The notes beneath the pieces are model-generated. The model did not search any database. It worked only from the letters and a program-made list of their open reading frames with translations, and was not told the origin of the DNA. 39,605 nucleotides of DNA from Enterobacter phage NJ2, in sequence record OR822025.1, one strand, 5' to 3'. The position numbers and the translations under genes were made by a program. Each line of letters opens with the position of its first letter. Within the stretch, counting starts at the first letter, position 1. Of the stretch, positions 17,826 to 26,912 are shown one piece after another.

Positions 17826-18962
17826 ATGTACGCTGCAATGCAAGAGACACTGCAAGCCATTCGTAACTTGCCTATCTGTGAGCTGCACAAGCGCCAGCCT
17901 ATGCTGGTTGACCTGCTGGTCTCGCTAGTCGACTCTGAGACTACCCAAGGTGAAGGCACTGATTCGAGCTACGGCCTTGAGTGTCAGGACTGGTGGCACA
18001 CCCTGAGCAGCCTGACGAAAGATGCAGGTTTCAAACGCTTAGGTAATGGATACTTCAGTGCGGCGTACAGTCACGAGATGTTACCGGGCAAGGTCATCAA
18101 AGTGGGCTTCAAGAAGGAGGACTCTGGGGCCGCTTACGTAGCTTTCTGCCGCATGCATCAAGGCCGCGCAGGTATCCCGACCATTCACGATGTGCAGCGT
18201 CACGCCAGTTGCTACACGGTGGTCATGGACAAGCTGGACCCACTCGGAGATGGTGACGACCGAGAGGAGGATGGTACGGACACTCTCTGGAATTTCATAC
18301 CGCGAGCCGTATACGGTAATGATGGGACTTGGGAGGACTGCAAGCGTAATGAGGAGTCTCTCTACGCTCAACTGACAGAGCACGAGCTGGAGACCCTTGA
18401 GACGTGCCGCATGATTCATAAATTCTTCACCGGGATTGCATCATTCGACATACACTCAGGTAACGCTATGATTGACCCGATGGGGCGCATCGTCATCACT
18501 GACCCTGTTAGCTACTCCCAACCACTCGGGCCGATTGAGCGCTGTGAGAACGCGATAGACCCTGAGGCCCTGCTCGCTGAGATTGAGCGGGAGGTGGCTA
18601 AACAGGCAATCGAGAAGGCTAAACGTCGCAAGGCTTTACGTGACCCTAACGGTCCTGAGCGTGCCCTGAAGCGCGAGAAAGGGAAGCGCTGGAAGCGTAC
18701 CCTCAAGCGTAGAGCGAGAATCCAGAAGGCGGAACGCTTGCGTAAAGCTGAGGAGATGCAGCGGGACAGGGAGATGGAAGCTTTCCACGACCGCCACGGG
18801 TCAGAAGTGTGGATAGGCATAGTGGAGAACAACGATGTTCAGCAGATGCGCAAGATTTTCCACGAGGATAACATCAAGCATCTTGCGGTGGACAGATTAG
18901 CGATAGCCCAGGGTCTCCCTCTGGGAATCGACAAAGAGCTTCAGGCTGGACTTATGGGCTAA
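17826..18962 (+). CDS. 0.7: serine/threonine protein kinase / host transcription shutoff protein (gene 0.7 homolog), 378 aa
   Basis: Clear similarity to T7 gp0.7 (LPICEL.KRQ.ML.DLLV ... DWW.TL..LT.DAGFK.LGNG.FSAAYSH ... KVGFKKEDSGAAY.AFCRM.QGR.GIP). RBS AAGGAA. Confidence 0.9.
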   Translation: MYAAMQETLQAIRNLPICELHKRQPMLVDLLVSLVDSETTQGEGTDSSYGLECQDWWHTLSSLTKDAGFKRLGNGYFSAAYSHEMLPGKVIKVGFKKEDSGAAYVAFCRMHQGRAGIPTIHDVQRHASCYTVVMDKLDPLGDGDDREEDGTDTLWNFIPRAVYGNDGTWEDCKRNEESLYAQLTEHELETLETCRMIHKFFTGIASFDIHSGNAMIDPMGRIVITDPVSYSQPLGPIERCENAIDPEALLAEIEREVAKQAIEKAKRRKALRDPNGPERALKREKGKRWKRTLKRRARIQKAERLRKAEEMQRDREMEAFHDRHGSEVWIGIVENNDVQQMRKIFHEDNIKHLAVDRLAIAQGLPLGIDKELQAGLMG

Positions 18963-19031
18963 CGAGGTGTATCTTAGGTGTCTCCTGCGGGAGGCATCAG
19001 TAGATAAACTTTATTCACAAAGAGGTAACTA

Positions 19032-21722
19032 ATGAACATTCTGAATCAAGTAGCACGTAATGACTTCTCCGAGATTGAGCTGGCAGCAATCCCGTACAAC
19101 ACCCTGAGCGAACATTACGGAGACCGTTTAGCACGCGAGCAGTTAGCACTTGAGCATGAATCCTATGAGCTGGGCGAGAAGCGTTTCCTGAAGATGCTAG
19201 ACCGTCAGGCACAGGCTGGTGAGCTGGCAGATAACGCTGCCGCTAAGCCTCTGGTAGCTACCCTGTTACCACGACTCACGGACCGCATCGCAACGTGGGT
19301 TGATGAGTCCTTCTACACCACAGACCCGGAGACGGGCGAGAAGAAAGGACGCAAGGGCAAGCGTAGCGTGTCACAGCGCATCCTCAAAGAGTGTAAGCCT
19401 GAGGTGGTAGCGTTCATCACCATAAAGACCGCTCTGGGTATGCTGGCAAGCACACAAGGTGATTCCGTAGTGCAGTCCGTAGCGGCCTCCGTTGGTCGTC
19501 ACCTTGAGGAGGAAATGCGTTTCGGGCGCATCCGTGACCTCGAACAGAAGCACTTCAAGAAGAACGTTAAGGAGCAGTTAGAGAAGCGAGTAGGTCACGT
19601 CTACAAGAAAGCTTTCATGCAAGTAGTTGAGGCCGATATGCTCAGCAAGGGTCTGATGGGCGGCGATGCGTGGCACTCATGGTCATCCGAGGAGACCATT
19701 CAGGTTGGCGTGAAGTGCCTTGAGCTTCTCATTGAGGCGACTGGCTTGATTACCCTTGAGCGTGAAGGCAAGGGCATTGCAGGGGCTGACTCTGAGAAGG
19801 TTCGACTCGCTGATGAGTATGTGGAAATCATCGCTAAGCGTGCAGGTGCGCTCGCAGGTATCAGCCCAGCGTATCAGCCTTGTGTTGTGCCACCTAAGCC
19901 GTGGACTGGTGTTATCGGTGGTGGTTATTGGGCCAACGGTCGCAAGCCTCTCGCTCTGGTACGCACACACAGCAAGAAGGCTCTCATGCGATACGAGGAC
20001 GTTTACATGCCTGAGGTGTACAAGGCGGTCAACATCGCACAGGCGACTCCTTGGAAGGTGAATAAGAAGGTTCTGGCAGTGGTCAATCAGGTCACTCGCT
20101 GGAAGCATTGCCCGGTTGAGGACATCCCGGCTCTTGAGCGCGAGGAGCTGCCTCAGCGTCCAGACGATATGGATACCAACCCTGAAGCGCTCAAAGCGTG
20201 GAAGAAAGCGGCCTCAGCGGTCTACCGCAAGGACAAGGCGCGAGTCTCTCGTCGTCTCTCCCTTGAGTTTATGATGGAGCAAGCCAATAAGTTTGCGAAC
20301 CACAAGGCGATATGGTTCCCGTACAACATGGACTGGCGCGGACGTGTATACGCTGTGAGCATGTTCAACCCACAGGGCAACGACATGACCAAAGGTCTCC
20401 TGACGCTGGCTAAAGGTAAACCAATTGGTCAAGAGGGCTTCTACTGGCTGAAGATTCACGGGGCGAACTGTGCGGGAGTCGATAAGGTTCCATTCCCAGA
20501 GCGCATCAAGTTCATTGAGGACAACGCTGAGAATATCGTAGCGTGCGCGAAAGACCCTCTAGGTAACACTTGGTGGGCGGAGCAGGACTCTCCATTCTGT
20601 TTCCTTGCGTTCTGCTTTGAGTACGCTGGGGTGATGGCTCACGGTCTCTCTTACACTTGCTCTCTCCCACTGGCTTTCGATGGTTCTTGCTCAGGCATCC
20701 AGCACTTCTCTGCAATGCTTCGCGATGAAGTAGGCGGGGCGGCGGTTAACCTGCTACCTTCGAAGACCGTGCAGGACATCTACGGGATTGTAGCGGCAAA
20801 GGTTAACGAGATTCTACGTCAGCACGCTATCAACGGTGAAGCGGACGAGATGGAGACCATCGTGAACAAGGAGACCGGAGAGATTACCGAGCGCCTCAAG
20901 CTGGGTACCTCCACGCTGGCTGGACAATGGCTGGCCTACGGTGTAACCCGCAAGGTCACCAAGCGCTCAGTTATGACGCTGGCCTACGGTTCCAAGGAAT
21001 TCGGTTTCCGCCAGCAGGTACTTGAAGATACCATTCAACCCGCGATTGACAACGGGTCTGGCCTGATGTTCACCCAGCCGAACCAAGCCGCTGGCTATAT
21101 GGCGAAACTAATCTGGGAAGCTGTGAGCGTGACAGTAGTCGCAGCAGTGGAAGCGATGAACTGGCTCAAGTCTGCCGCTAAGCTGCTGGCCGCTGAGGTG
21201 AAGGACAAGAAGACGAATGAGGTTCTCCGCGCACGCTGTGCAGTCCATTGGGTAACTCCTGATGGTTTCCCGGTGTGGCAAGAATACCGCAAGCCTATCC
21301 AGACGCGTCTGAACCTGATGTTCCTGGGTCAGTTCCGTTTGCAGCCTACGGTAAACACCATGAAGGACTCTGGGATTGACGCGCACAAGCAGGAGTCAGG
21401 TATTGCGCCTAACTTCGTCCACTCTCAGGATGGTAACCACCTCCGCATGACTGTGGTACACGCCCACGAGAAGTACGGGATTGAATCCTTTGCGCTCATT
21501 CATGACTCATTCGGTACCATCCCGGCTGACGCTGCTAACCTGTTCAAAGCGGTACGTGAGACGATGGTGAATACCTACGAGTCAAACGATGTGTTAGCTG
21601 ACTTTGCTGAGCAGTTCATGGACCAGCTACACGAGACCCAACTGGAGCAGATGCCAGCGCTGCCTAAGCACGGTAATTTGAACCTTCAGGACATCCTTAA
21701 GAGCGACTTCGCGTTCGCTTAA
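19032..21722 (+). CDS. 1: single-subunit phage DNA-dependent RNA polymerase (gene 1), 896 aa
   Basis: Near-collinear with T7 RNAP (NDFSEIELAAIPYNTL ... RLAREQLALEHESYE ... catalytic region ... LNLQDILKSDFAFA C-terminus). It has a ~12-aa insertion near residue 100 relative to T7. Confidence 0.97.
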   Translation: MNILNQVARNDFSEIELAAIPYNTLSEHYGDRLAREQLALEHESYELGEKRFLKMLDRQAQAGELADNAAAKPLVATLLPRLTDRIATWVDESFYTTDPETGEKKGRKGKRSVSQRILKECKPEVVAFITIKTALGMLASTQGDSVVQSVAASVGRHLEEEMRFGRIRDLEQKHFKKNVKEQLEKRVGHVYKKAFMQVVEADMLSKGLMGGDAWHSWSSEETIQVGVKCLELLIEATGLITLEREGKGIAGADSEKVRLADEYVEIIAKRAGALAGISPAYQPCVVPPKPWTGVIGGGYWANGRKPLALVRTHSKKALMRYEDVYMPEVYKAVNIAQATPWKVNKKVLAVVNQVTRWKHCPVEDIPALEREELPQRPDDMDTNPEALKAWKKAASAVYRKDKARVSRRLSLEFMMEQANKFANHKAIWFPYNMDWRGRVYAVSMFNPQGNDMTKGLLTLAKGKPIGQEGFYWLKIHGANCAGVDKVPFPERIKFIEDNAENIVACAKDPLGNTWWAEQDSPFCFLAFCFEYAGVMAHGLSYTCSLPLAFDGSCSGIQHFSAMLRDEVGGAAVNLLPSKTVQDIYGIVAAKVNEILRQHAINGEADEMETIVNKETGEITERLKLGTSTLAGQWLAYGVTRKVTKRSVMTLAYGSKEFGFRQQVLEDTIQPAIDNGSGLMFTQPNQAAGYMAKLIWEAVSVTVVAAVEAMNWLKSAAKLLAAEVKDKKTNEVLRARCAVHWVTPDGFPVWQEYRKPIQTRLNLMFLGQFRLQPTVNTMKDSGIDAHKQESGIAPNFVHSQDGNHLRMTVVHAHEKYGIESFALIHDSFGTIPADAANLFKAVRETMVNTYESNDVLADFAEQFMDQLHETQLEQMPALPKHGNLNLQDILKSDFAFA

Positions 21723-21736
21723 GGCCACCTGCAAGC

Positions 21737-21759
21737 ATTAACGACTCACTATCAGGAAG
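21737..21759 (+). promoter_or_regulatory. phage RNAP class II promoter (phi1.1A equivalent), ATTAACGACTCACTATCAGGAAG
   Basis: Consensus from -17 to -2, with the variant initiation region TATCAGGA. Confidence 0.75.
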
Positions 21760-21829
21760 ACCCTTCGAACAACACTTAGGGTCTTAAACTTAAAGTCTTA
21801 CTTAAAGTCAACTTAAAGAGGCAATCATC

Positions 21830-22366
21830 ATGTTCACCACCATCTACCCTATCGCCATCACTGTGCTGCTTATCGCTTTCGTCCTGCTGTTCATCTTCGC
21901 CACCAGGAAACACCTGAAGGAGATAGACTACCTAGAGCATCGACTCAAGGAGGCACGCTCCACACTGAGCACGCTCGGCAAGGAGAACCGTGAGACGACT
22001 GAGAGCCTCCACCGACTCAAGATGGAATACCGGATAAAAGTGAAGGACTGTGAGGGTCTTCGTGAGACTGTAGAGCGACTCCGTGAGGACTTAAAGGAGC
22101 TTCGGGTCTTACTACGTGACCGCCGTTCGCTCACAAGCATCAAGTTCACCGCCAACGTCCCACACTTAGGGTGGACAAAGACGGAGTTTTCCTTAGGCTT
22201 AGGGCCTTGCGGTAAGACCGTTGAGAGTCTGGAGTTCACTGAGCAGGATGACCGCTACGTCATCACCCAGCGCTGCACAGACGGCGAGCGTAAAACCTTC
22301 GAGTACATGAAGGTAGACGTCGCTGGCCGCATAGAGAAAGCCTACCGCGCACCAGACGCTGAATAA
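21830..22366 (+). CDS. hypothetical membrane-anchored coiled-coil protein, 178 aa (no T7 counterpart; 1.05-like position)
   Basis: RBS AAAGAGG. An N-terminal TM helix (IYPIAITVLLIAFVLLFIFA) is followed by ~80 aa of charged heptad-like sequence (LKEARSTLSTLGKENRETTESLHRLKMEYRIKVKDCEGLRETVERLREDLKELRVLLRD) and a Cys-containing C-terminal domain. It sits between phi1.1A and phi1.1B. Confidence 0.7.
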   Translation: MFTTIYPIAITVLLIAFVLLFIFATRKHLKEIDYLEHRLKEARSTLSTLGKENRETTESLHRLKMEYRIKVKDCEGLRETVERLREDLKELRVLLRDRRSLTSIKFTANVPHLGWTKTEFSLGLGPCGKTVESLEFTEQDDRYVITQRCTDGERKTFEYMKVDVAGRIEKAYRAPDAE

Positions 22367-22384
22367 CGACTCACTATCAGGAAC
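22362..22384 (+). promoter_or_regulatory. phage RNAP class II promoter (phi1.1B equivalent), AATAACGACTCACTATCAGGAAC
   Basis: Same variant family as phi1.1A. It overlaps the stop of the 178-aa ORF. Confidence 0.75.
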
Positions 22385-22422
22385 ATACTCAAGGTCATCC
22401 CAACGGGTGGCCTTCATGAATG
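22384..22422 (+). promoter_or_regulatory. RNase III-type processing hairpin (R1.1 equivalent)
   Basis: CATACTCAAGGT-CATCC-caacg-GGTGGCC-TTCATGAATG, with a 9-bp stem containing G-U wobbles. It is immediately downstream of phi1.1B and upstream of gene 1.1, as in T7. Confidence 0.6.
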
Positions 22423-22453
22423 TCCCTAACAATACTCAATCAGGAGCTACACC

Positions 22454-22675
22454 ATGAATCGCAACGAAGCAATGACCTCCACCTTCTCTAACTTCTACGG
22501 CTCACAGAGCGTTAACTTTGAGCGCACACGTGAACGCAAGCAGACCGAGGGTTACATCCCTAAGGGCCGCAAGCTGAACAAGACGAAGCGCGGAGGTGGC
22601 GTTAAGGGTGCTTTCCGTAACGCTAACGGTAAAGATTCACTGGTCAACCAAGAGAAATATTTCGCAGGAGTATAA
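22454..22675 (+). CDS. 1.1: gene 1.1 homolog (73 aa, basic)
   Basis: Contains KGRKLNKTKRGGG, resembling T7 gp1.1 (KGRKLNKTKR). RBS AGGAG. Confidence 0.7.
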   Translation: MNRNEAMTSTFSNFYGSQSVNFERTRERKQTEGYIPKGRKLNKTKRGGGVKGAFRNANGKDSLVNQEKYFAGV

Positions 22676-22679
22676 TACC

Positions 22680-22940
22680 ATGAGTCACTACGAACTTATC
22701 GAAATGGCCAAGGGTCTCGGACTTGAGGTCAACTCACTGAGCTTCTATAGCGATTTTCTTCGCAGTAAGTGTCAGGTATTCCGCTTCACAACAAAGGGCC
22801 GATTCGTCCCAGGCAGAGGCTACAGACTTGGGGATGAAATCGCTAAGTTCTCCTATCATCCCGACATGGAACCGATGGAGTACCAAGACGCTTGCGGTAC
22901 CCTTTACAATACCCTTAAACAATTTGAATCCTGGAGATAA
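22680..22940 (+). CDS. gene 1.2-position protein, 86 aa (possible dGTPase inhibitor analogue)
   Basis: ATG 22680 (MSHYELIEMAKGLGLEV...). Position between 1.1 and ligase, and size ~ T7 gp1.2 (85 aa). I do not recognise sequence identity. Confidence 0.6.
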   Translation: MSHYELIEMAKGLGLEVNSLSFYSDFLRSKCQVFRFTTKGRFVPGRGYRLGDEIAKFSYHPDMEPMEYQDACGTLYNTLKQFESWR

Positions 22941-22944
22941 GACC

Positions 22945-23970
22945 ATGAAAACCAACCCATTTAAAGCTGTGTCGTTCGTTGAATCTGCCGTCAAGAAGGC
23001 GCTGGAGAACTGTGGTTACCTCATCGCTGACGTTAAGTATGATGGCGTGCGCGGTAACATCTGCGTAGACAACACAGCAAACGCTAAATGGTTAAGCCGG
23101 GTCTCTAAGACCATCCCTGCGCTGGAGCATTTGAACCACTTCGATAGCCGCTGGCAGAAACTGCTGGCAGATGACCGCTGGATTTTCCCTGATGGCTTCA
23201 TGCTCGATGGTGAACTCATGGTCAAGGGCGTGGACTTCAACACAGGGTCTGGCCTACTGCGGACTAAGTGGCTCAAGAAGACCAACATGCAGTTTGACGT
23301 TGGTGGCCCATACGCTCAGTGGGAGCCGGAGATGAAGCACGATGTGTTTGCCCTACACCCTAACCTACTGCGCGTGGTTCTGTACGATATCATCCCTCTG
23401 GACATCATTGAGTCGGGTGAAGAGTACGACACGATGACCCTGCTGCGCCAGGAGCACGTTAAGAACGCTCTGCCTGTCCTGCGCGACCACTTCCCGGAAA
23501 TCTCTTGGGAACTCGCTGAGACCTACGAGGTTTACGATATGGTAGAGCTGGCGGCCCTGTACGAGAAGGCCAGAGCGTCTGGTCACGAAGGGTTAATCGT
23601 TAAGGACCCTCAAGGCACCTACAAGCGTGGCAAGAAGTCAGGCTGGTGGAAGATGAAGCCTGAGAATGAGGCTGACGGTACCGTGTGCGGTCTCGTGTGG
23701 GGTACTGAAGGCAAGGCCAACGAGGGCAAAGTGATTGGCTTCGAGGTACTCCTTGAGTCAGGCCGAGTGGTCTCCGCTACGAACATCACCCAGGCACTTA
23801 TGGATGAGTTCACGGCTGAGGTTAAGCGACAAGAAGACGAGGAGGTCAATCCGTACCACGGCTGGCAGTGTCAAATCAGCTACATGGAGGAGACTCCTGA
23901 TGGCTCCCTACGTCACCCTTCGTGGACGATGTGGCGAGGCACTGAGGCTGACCCTACCGTCAAGATGTAA
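22945..23970 (+). CDS. 1.3: ATP-dependent DNA ligase (gene 1.3), 341 aa
   Basis: MKTNPFKAVSFVESAVKKALENCGYLIADVKYDGVRGNICVD carries the KxDG adenylation motif. Strongly T7 ligase-like throughout. Start chosen at ATG 22945, with GGAG upstream. Confidence 0.93.
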   Translation: MKTNPFKAVSFVESAVKKALENCGYLIADVKYDGVRGNICVDNTANAKWLSRVSKTIPALEHLNHFDSRWQKLLADDRWIFPDGFMLDGELMVKGVDFNTGSGLLRTKWLKKTNMQFDVGGPYAQWEPEMKHDVFALHPNLLRVVLYDIIPLDIIESGEEYDTMTLLRQEHVKNALPVLRDHFPEISWELAETYEVYDMVELAALYEKARASGHEGLIVKDPQGTYKRGKKSGWWKMKPENEADGTVCGLVWGTEGKANEGKVIGFEVLLESGRVVSATNITQALMDEFTAEVKRQEDEEVNPYHGWQCQISYMEETPDGSLRHPSWTMWRGTEADPTVKM

Positions 23971-23977
23971 ACTACAC

Positions 23978-24003
23978 GGCTCACCTACGGGTGGGCCTTT
24001 TTT
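23978..24003 (+). terminator. early transcription terminator TE (host RNAP, rho-independent)
   Basis: GGCTCACC-tacg-GGTGGGCC hairpin followed by TTTTTT, located right after ligase, as T7 TE is. Confidence 0.85.
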
Positions 24004-24015
24004 CGTTTCTGGACT

Positions 24016-24038
24016 ATTAACGACTCACTATCAGGAGA
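24016..24038 (+). promoter_or_regulatory. phage RNAP class II promoter (phi1.5 equivalent), ATTAACGACTCACTATCAGGAGA
   Basis: Consensus -17..-2 plus the TATCAGGA variant. Confidence 0.75.
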
Positions 24039-24045
24039 CACCCTA

Positions 24046-24129
24046 ATGAACCTCATTATGTCCATCCTACTTGCCATCTTCCTGCTGATTGTATTCGTTC
24101 ACCATGACGACAATTGGCCCGACTGTTAA
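24046..24129 (+). CDS. small hydrophobic peptide, 27 aa (gene 1.5-position; MNLIMSILLAIFLLIVFVHHDDNWPDC)
   Basis: Lies between phi1.5 and phi1.6, as the 29-aa T7 gene 1.5 does. Single TM helix. No strong RBS. Confidence 0.35.
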   Translation: MNLIMSILLAIFLLIVFVHHDDNWPDC

Positions 24130-24148
24130 CGACTCACTAGAGGAGATT
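24126..24148 (+). promoter_or_regulatory. degenerate phage RNAP class II promoter (phi1.6 equivalent), TTAACGACTCACTAGAGGAGATT
   Basis: Consensus -16..-4. Its initiation region doubles as the RBS for gene 1.6. Confidence 0.55.
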
Positions 24149-24152
24149 CATC

Positions 24153-24419
24153 ATGCGTCTACACTTCAATAAATCAAATGGCATCTTCAGCGTTCGCCGG
24201 GATGACCGCTCCACTGTGGTAGCCTCTGAGCGCCACGGGAAGATTCCACGTTTCTTCGGTGACACCGTTGAGCTGTCTCCGAGTGTCCACATCCTGATTA
24301 CCAAAGGTTCTTTCATCGCCGCTACTGAAAAGAAGCGTCCGGTGCTCCCTGTGGTTGTCACCAAGTGGCCTCGTCTTCGTCTGGCTATCCTGCGCCTGAA
24401 GGAGATTACCAATGACTAA
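24153..24419 (+). CDS. 1.6: gene 1.6 homolog, 88 aa
   Basis: Same size as T7 gp1.6 (88 aa). Position after phi1.6. RBS GGAG. Confidence 0.65.
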   Translation: MRLHFNKSNGIFSVRRDDRSTVVASERHGKIPRFFGDTVELSPSVHILITKGSFIAATEKKRPVLPVVVTKWPRLRLAILRLKEITND

Positions 24420-24951
24420 GCAATTCAGAGATGATGTGATTATCCAGCTTGTCGATACAAACATGGGTAAGTCAGATTCTAGCCAGTGTGGTTCCGGCAT
24501 TACATGCTACGGCGTGTCATGTACGGATTGTCCACTTAATTCGCGCAACGGTCACAACACCATCGGTCAAGTACGCAAGCTGGACCCTCGTGGTAAACCT
24601 GAAGTAGACGAAGCTGAAGCCGAGCCTTATGGTTTCGCTAGTGAGTCACCCGAAGCGAAGGGGACGTACACTGGTGGTTCGGTAGACTACTACCAAGTGA
24701 CCATCACCAACCCGACCACCGAGGGCCGCCCTGGGTACATCGCTGAGTGCAACGACATCATTGAGGCACTCGGTATGAACTTCGCTGAAGGTAATGCCTT
24801 TAAGGCCCTGTGGCGTAGAGCAGCACAGCGAACCTTGGGTCTGCGTAAAGCTGGCGCTAAAGACGATGGCCTGTATGATGCTGAGAAGGTTAAGTTCTTC
24901 GGTGAACGCCTTGTGGCCCAGAGTAAGGGACTGAGCGATGAGTCCGAGTGA
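24412..24951 (+). CDS. 1.7: gene 1.7 homolog (nucleotide kinase-like), 179 aa
   Basis: Overlaps the 1.6 stop (ATGA). Size ~ T7 gp1.7 (196 aa). Synteny. Confidence 0.65.
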   Translation: MTKQFRDDVIIQLVDTNMGKSDSSQCGSGITCYGVSCTDCPLNSRNGHNTIGQVRKLDPRGKPEVDEAEAEPYGFASESPEAKGTYTGGSVDYYQVTITNPTTEGRPGYIAECNDIIEALGMNFAEGNAFKALWRRAAQRTLGLRKAGAKDDGLYDAEKVKFFGERLVAQSKGLSDESE

Positions 24952-25034
24952 ATGGTGCGAGATGATGTTCGAACGGACTGGCAACGTTGACTATCTCGCT
25001 ATGTACAACTTATGGAAGGAGCGAGGCCAATGAG
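24939..25034 (+). CDS. possible small ORF, 31 aa (gene 1.8-position: [31 protein letters not shown])
   Basis: Overlaps the end of 1.7 and is coupled (ATGA) to the gene 2 start. Speculative. Confidence 0.3.
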
Positions 25035-25218
25035 CACGGAATCCAAAGGGTCCTTAGTGACCACTGAGAAGAAGTATCTGGTCACCGTAGAGTCCGCCAC
25101 TATGTCCCATGAGGTCCCGGTGTACGCTACGAGTCTCGAAGAAGCGACTGAACTAGCTGAGTGGCAGTATGTCCCGGCTGGCTTCGCGGTCATTCGGGTG
25201 AGACCAGAAGTGAAGTGA
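25030..25218 (+). CDS. 2: host RNA polymerase inhibitor (gene 2 homolog), 62 aa
   Basis: [42 protein letters not shown] matches the T7 Gp2 core ([42 protein letters not shown]). Start at ATG 25030 with a GGAAGGAG RBS. Confidence 0.85.
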   Translation: MSTESKGSLVTTEKKYLVTVESATMSHEVPVYATSLEEATELAEWQYVPAGFAVIRVRPEVK

Positions 25219-25221
25219 GGT

Positions 25222-25244
25222 ATTAACGACTCACTATCAGGAGG
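25222..25244 (+). promoter_or_regulatory. phage RNAP class II promoter (phi2.5 equivalent), ATTAACGACTCACTATCAGGAGG
   Basis: Variant family TATCAGGA. It is upstream of the SSB gene, as in T7. Confidence 0.75.
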
Positions 25245-25293
25245 ACCCAGCGTTCTCCTATTAACCACAACCTGTAACTTAAGGAGCAACACT

Positions 25294-25992
25294 ATGGCAT
25301 TCGCTAAGAAGAAAATCTTTACTACCCCTCTGGGTGTTTGTGAACCGTATGCGTACATCAACAAGCCGGACTACGGTGGTGTAGGCTTTGAGAACCCTCG
25401 TGGTACCTTCAAGGTATCTCTGACGTTGCCGAACGATGAACGCACTCAGGCTATGATTGACGCTATCGTTAAGTGTCACGAAGAAGACTACGCTCAGCGC
25501 CTGGAAGCGCACGAAGCGAACCCACCTAAGGTGCAGAAGGGCAAGAAACCGCTGCTGCCTTACGTTGGTGACATGCCGTTCTTCGATAATGGCGATGGTA
25601 CGACCACGTTCAACTTCAAGTGCTACGGCTCGTTCGAAGACCGTAAGACTGGCGAGACCAAGAAAATCAACCTGGCTGTGGTAGACTCCAAAGGCAAGCG
25701 CATCAACGATGTGCCTCTGATTGCTGGTGGCTCCGAGATTAAGGTGAAGTTCTCTATGGTCCCGTATGGCTGGTCTGCGGTAGCTGGTGCATCCGTCAAG
25801 CTGCAACTGGAAGGCGTTATGCTGGTCAAACTGGCATCCTTCGGCGGTGGCTCTGAAGACGATTGGGCCGATGAGGTAGAAGAAGGTGGCTTCGAAGCTT
25901 CCAACTCTAGCCGTCAGTCAGAAGGAACTCAGGGCCAGGACTTTGGTGAAGAACCAGAGGACGAAGGCGAAGATGAGTCTGGCGACTTCTAA
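25294..25992 (+). CDS. 2.5: single-stranded DNA-binding protein (gene 2.5), 232 aa
   Basis: Same length as T7 gp2.5. Conserved blocks (EPYAYI.KPDYG, GDMPFFDNGDGTTTF.FKCY, acidic C-terminal tail ending DF). Confidence 0.95.
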   Translation: MAFAKKKIFTTPLGVCEPYAYINKPDYGGVGFENPRGTFKVSLTLPNDERTQAMIDAIVKCHEEDYAQRLEAHEANPPKVQKGKKPLLPYVGDMPFFDNGDGTTTFNFKCYGSFEDRKTGETKKINLAVVDSKGKRINDVPLIAGGSEIKVKFSMVPYGWSAVAGASVKLQLEGVMLVKLASFGGGSEDDWADEVEEGGFEASNSSRQSEGTQGQDFGEEPEDEGEDESGDF

Positions 25993-26000
25993 GGTCTGGC

Positions 26001-26456
26001 GTGGCTAATCCATACGCTGCGAAAGGTATCCGAAAGGTCGGGGCATTCCGCTCCGGCCTGGAAGATAAAGTCTCAAAGCAGCTTGAGAGTAAGGGCGTGA
26101 AGTTTGACTACGAGCTGTGGTCTATCCCTTACGTCATCCCTGCGAGTGACCATAAGTACACTCCAGACTTCCTGTTACCTAACGGAATCTTCATTGAAAC
26201 CAAAGGGTTATGGGATAGTGATGACCGAAAGAAACACCTGTTAATTCGAGAGCAATACCCAGAGCTGGATATCCGCCTGGTGTTCTCATCAAGTCGCTCC
26301 AAGCTGTACAAGGGGTCACCCACCAGCTACGCGGAGTGGTGCGAGAAACACAACATTCTGTTTGCCGATAAGTTAATCCCTGCTGACTGGCTCAAAGAGC
26401 CTAAGCGTGAGGTACCTTTCGACAAATTCAAAGCTAAGAAAGGAGGCAAGAAGTAA
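26001..26456 (+). CDS. 3: endonuclease I / Holliday junction resolvase (gene 3), ~151 aa, GTG start
   Basis: AKGIRKVGAFRSGLEDKVSKQLESKGVKF...YTPDFLLPNGIFIETKGLW.SDDRKKHLLIREQ is near-identical to T7 gp3 as I recall it. The start is the GTG at 26001 given in the ORF track (T7 begins MAGYGAKG). Confidence 0.9.
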   Translation: MANPYAAKGIRKVGAFRSGLEDKVSKQLESKGVKFDYELWSIPYVIPASDHKYTPDFLLPNGIFIETKGLWDSDDRKKHLLIREQYPELDIRLVFSSSRSKLYKGSPTSYAEWCEKHNILFADKLIPADWLKEPKREVPFDKFKAKKGGKK

Positions 26457-26912
26457 ATGGCTAAAGTTCAATTCACACCACGAAAGGAGACCAACGCTAT
26501 CTTCGTACACTGTGCGGCAACAAAGCCATCTCAGGACATCGGCGTGCGTGAAATCCGTCAGTGGCACAAAGAGAAAGGCTGGCTGGACATCGGGTACCAC
26601 TTCGTGATTCGCCGTGATGGCACAGTGGAAGCTGGCCGTGACCAGAACGCCATTGGTTCACACGTAGCGAACTACAACGCAGACTCAGTGGGCGTATGCC
26701 TGGTGGGCGGTATCGACGATAAGGGTAAGTTCTCAGCGAACTTCACGCCAGTCCAGATGAGCGCTCTGCGTTCCCTGCTGGTCTCGCTCCAGGCGGAGTA
26801 CCCACACGCTGTGCTTCGTGCTCACCATGACGTTGCACCTAAGGCGTGTCCATCGTTCGACCTGTCTCGCTGGTGGAAGACCAATGAGCTGGTAACGAGT
26901 GACCGAGGGTAA
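26457..26912 (+). CDS. 3.5: N-acetylmuramoyl-L-alanine amidase / lysozyme, RNAP inhibitor (gene 3.5), 151 aa
   Basis: Same length as T7 lysozyme. Conserved HC.AT..SQ..GVREIRQWHKE.GW.D.GYHF ... AHH.VAPKACPSFDL.RWW. Confidence 0.95.
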   Translation: MAKVQFTPRKETNAIFVHCAATKPSQDIGVREIRQWHKEKGWLDIGYHFVIRRDGTVEAGRDQNAIGSHVANYNADSVGVCLVGGIDDKGKFSANFTPVQMSALRSLLVSLQAEYPHAVLRAHHDVAPKACPSFDLSRWWKTNELVTSDRG

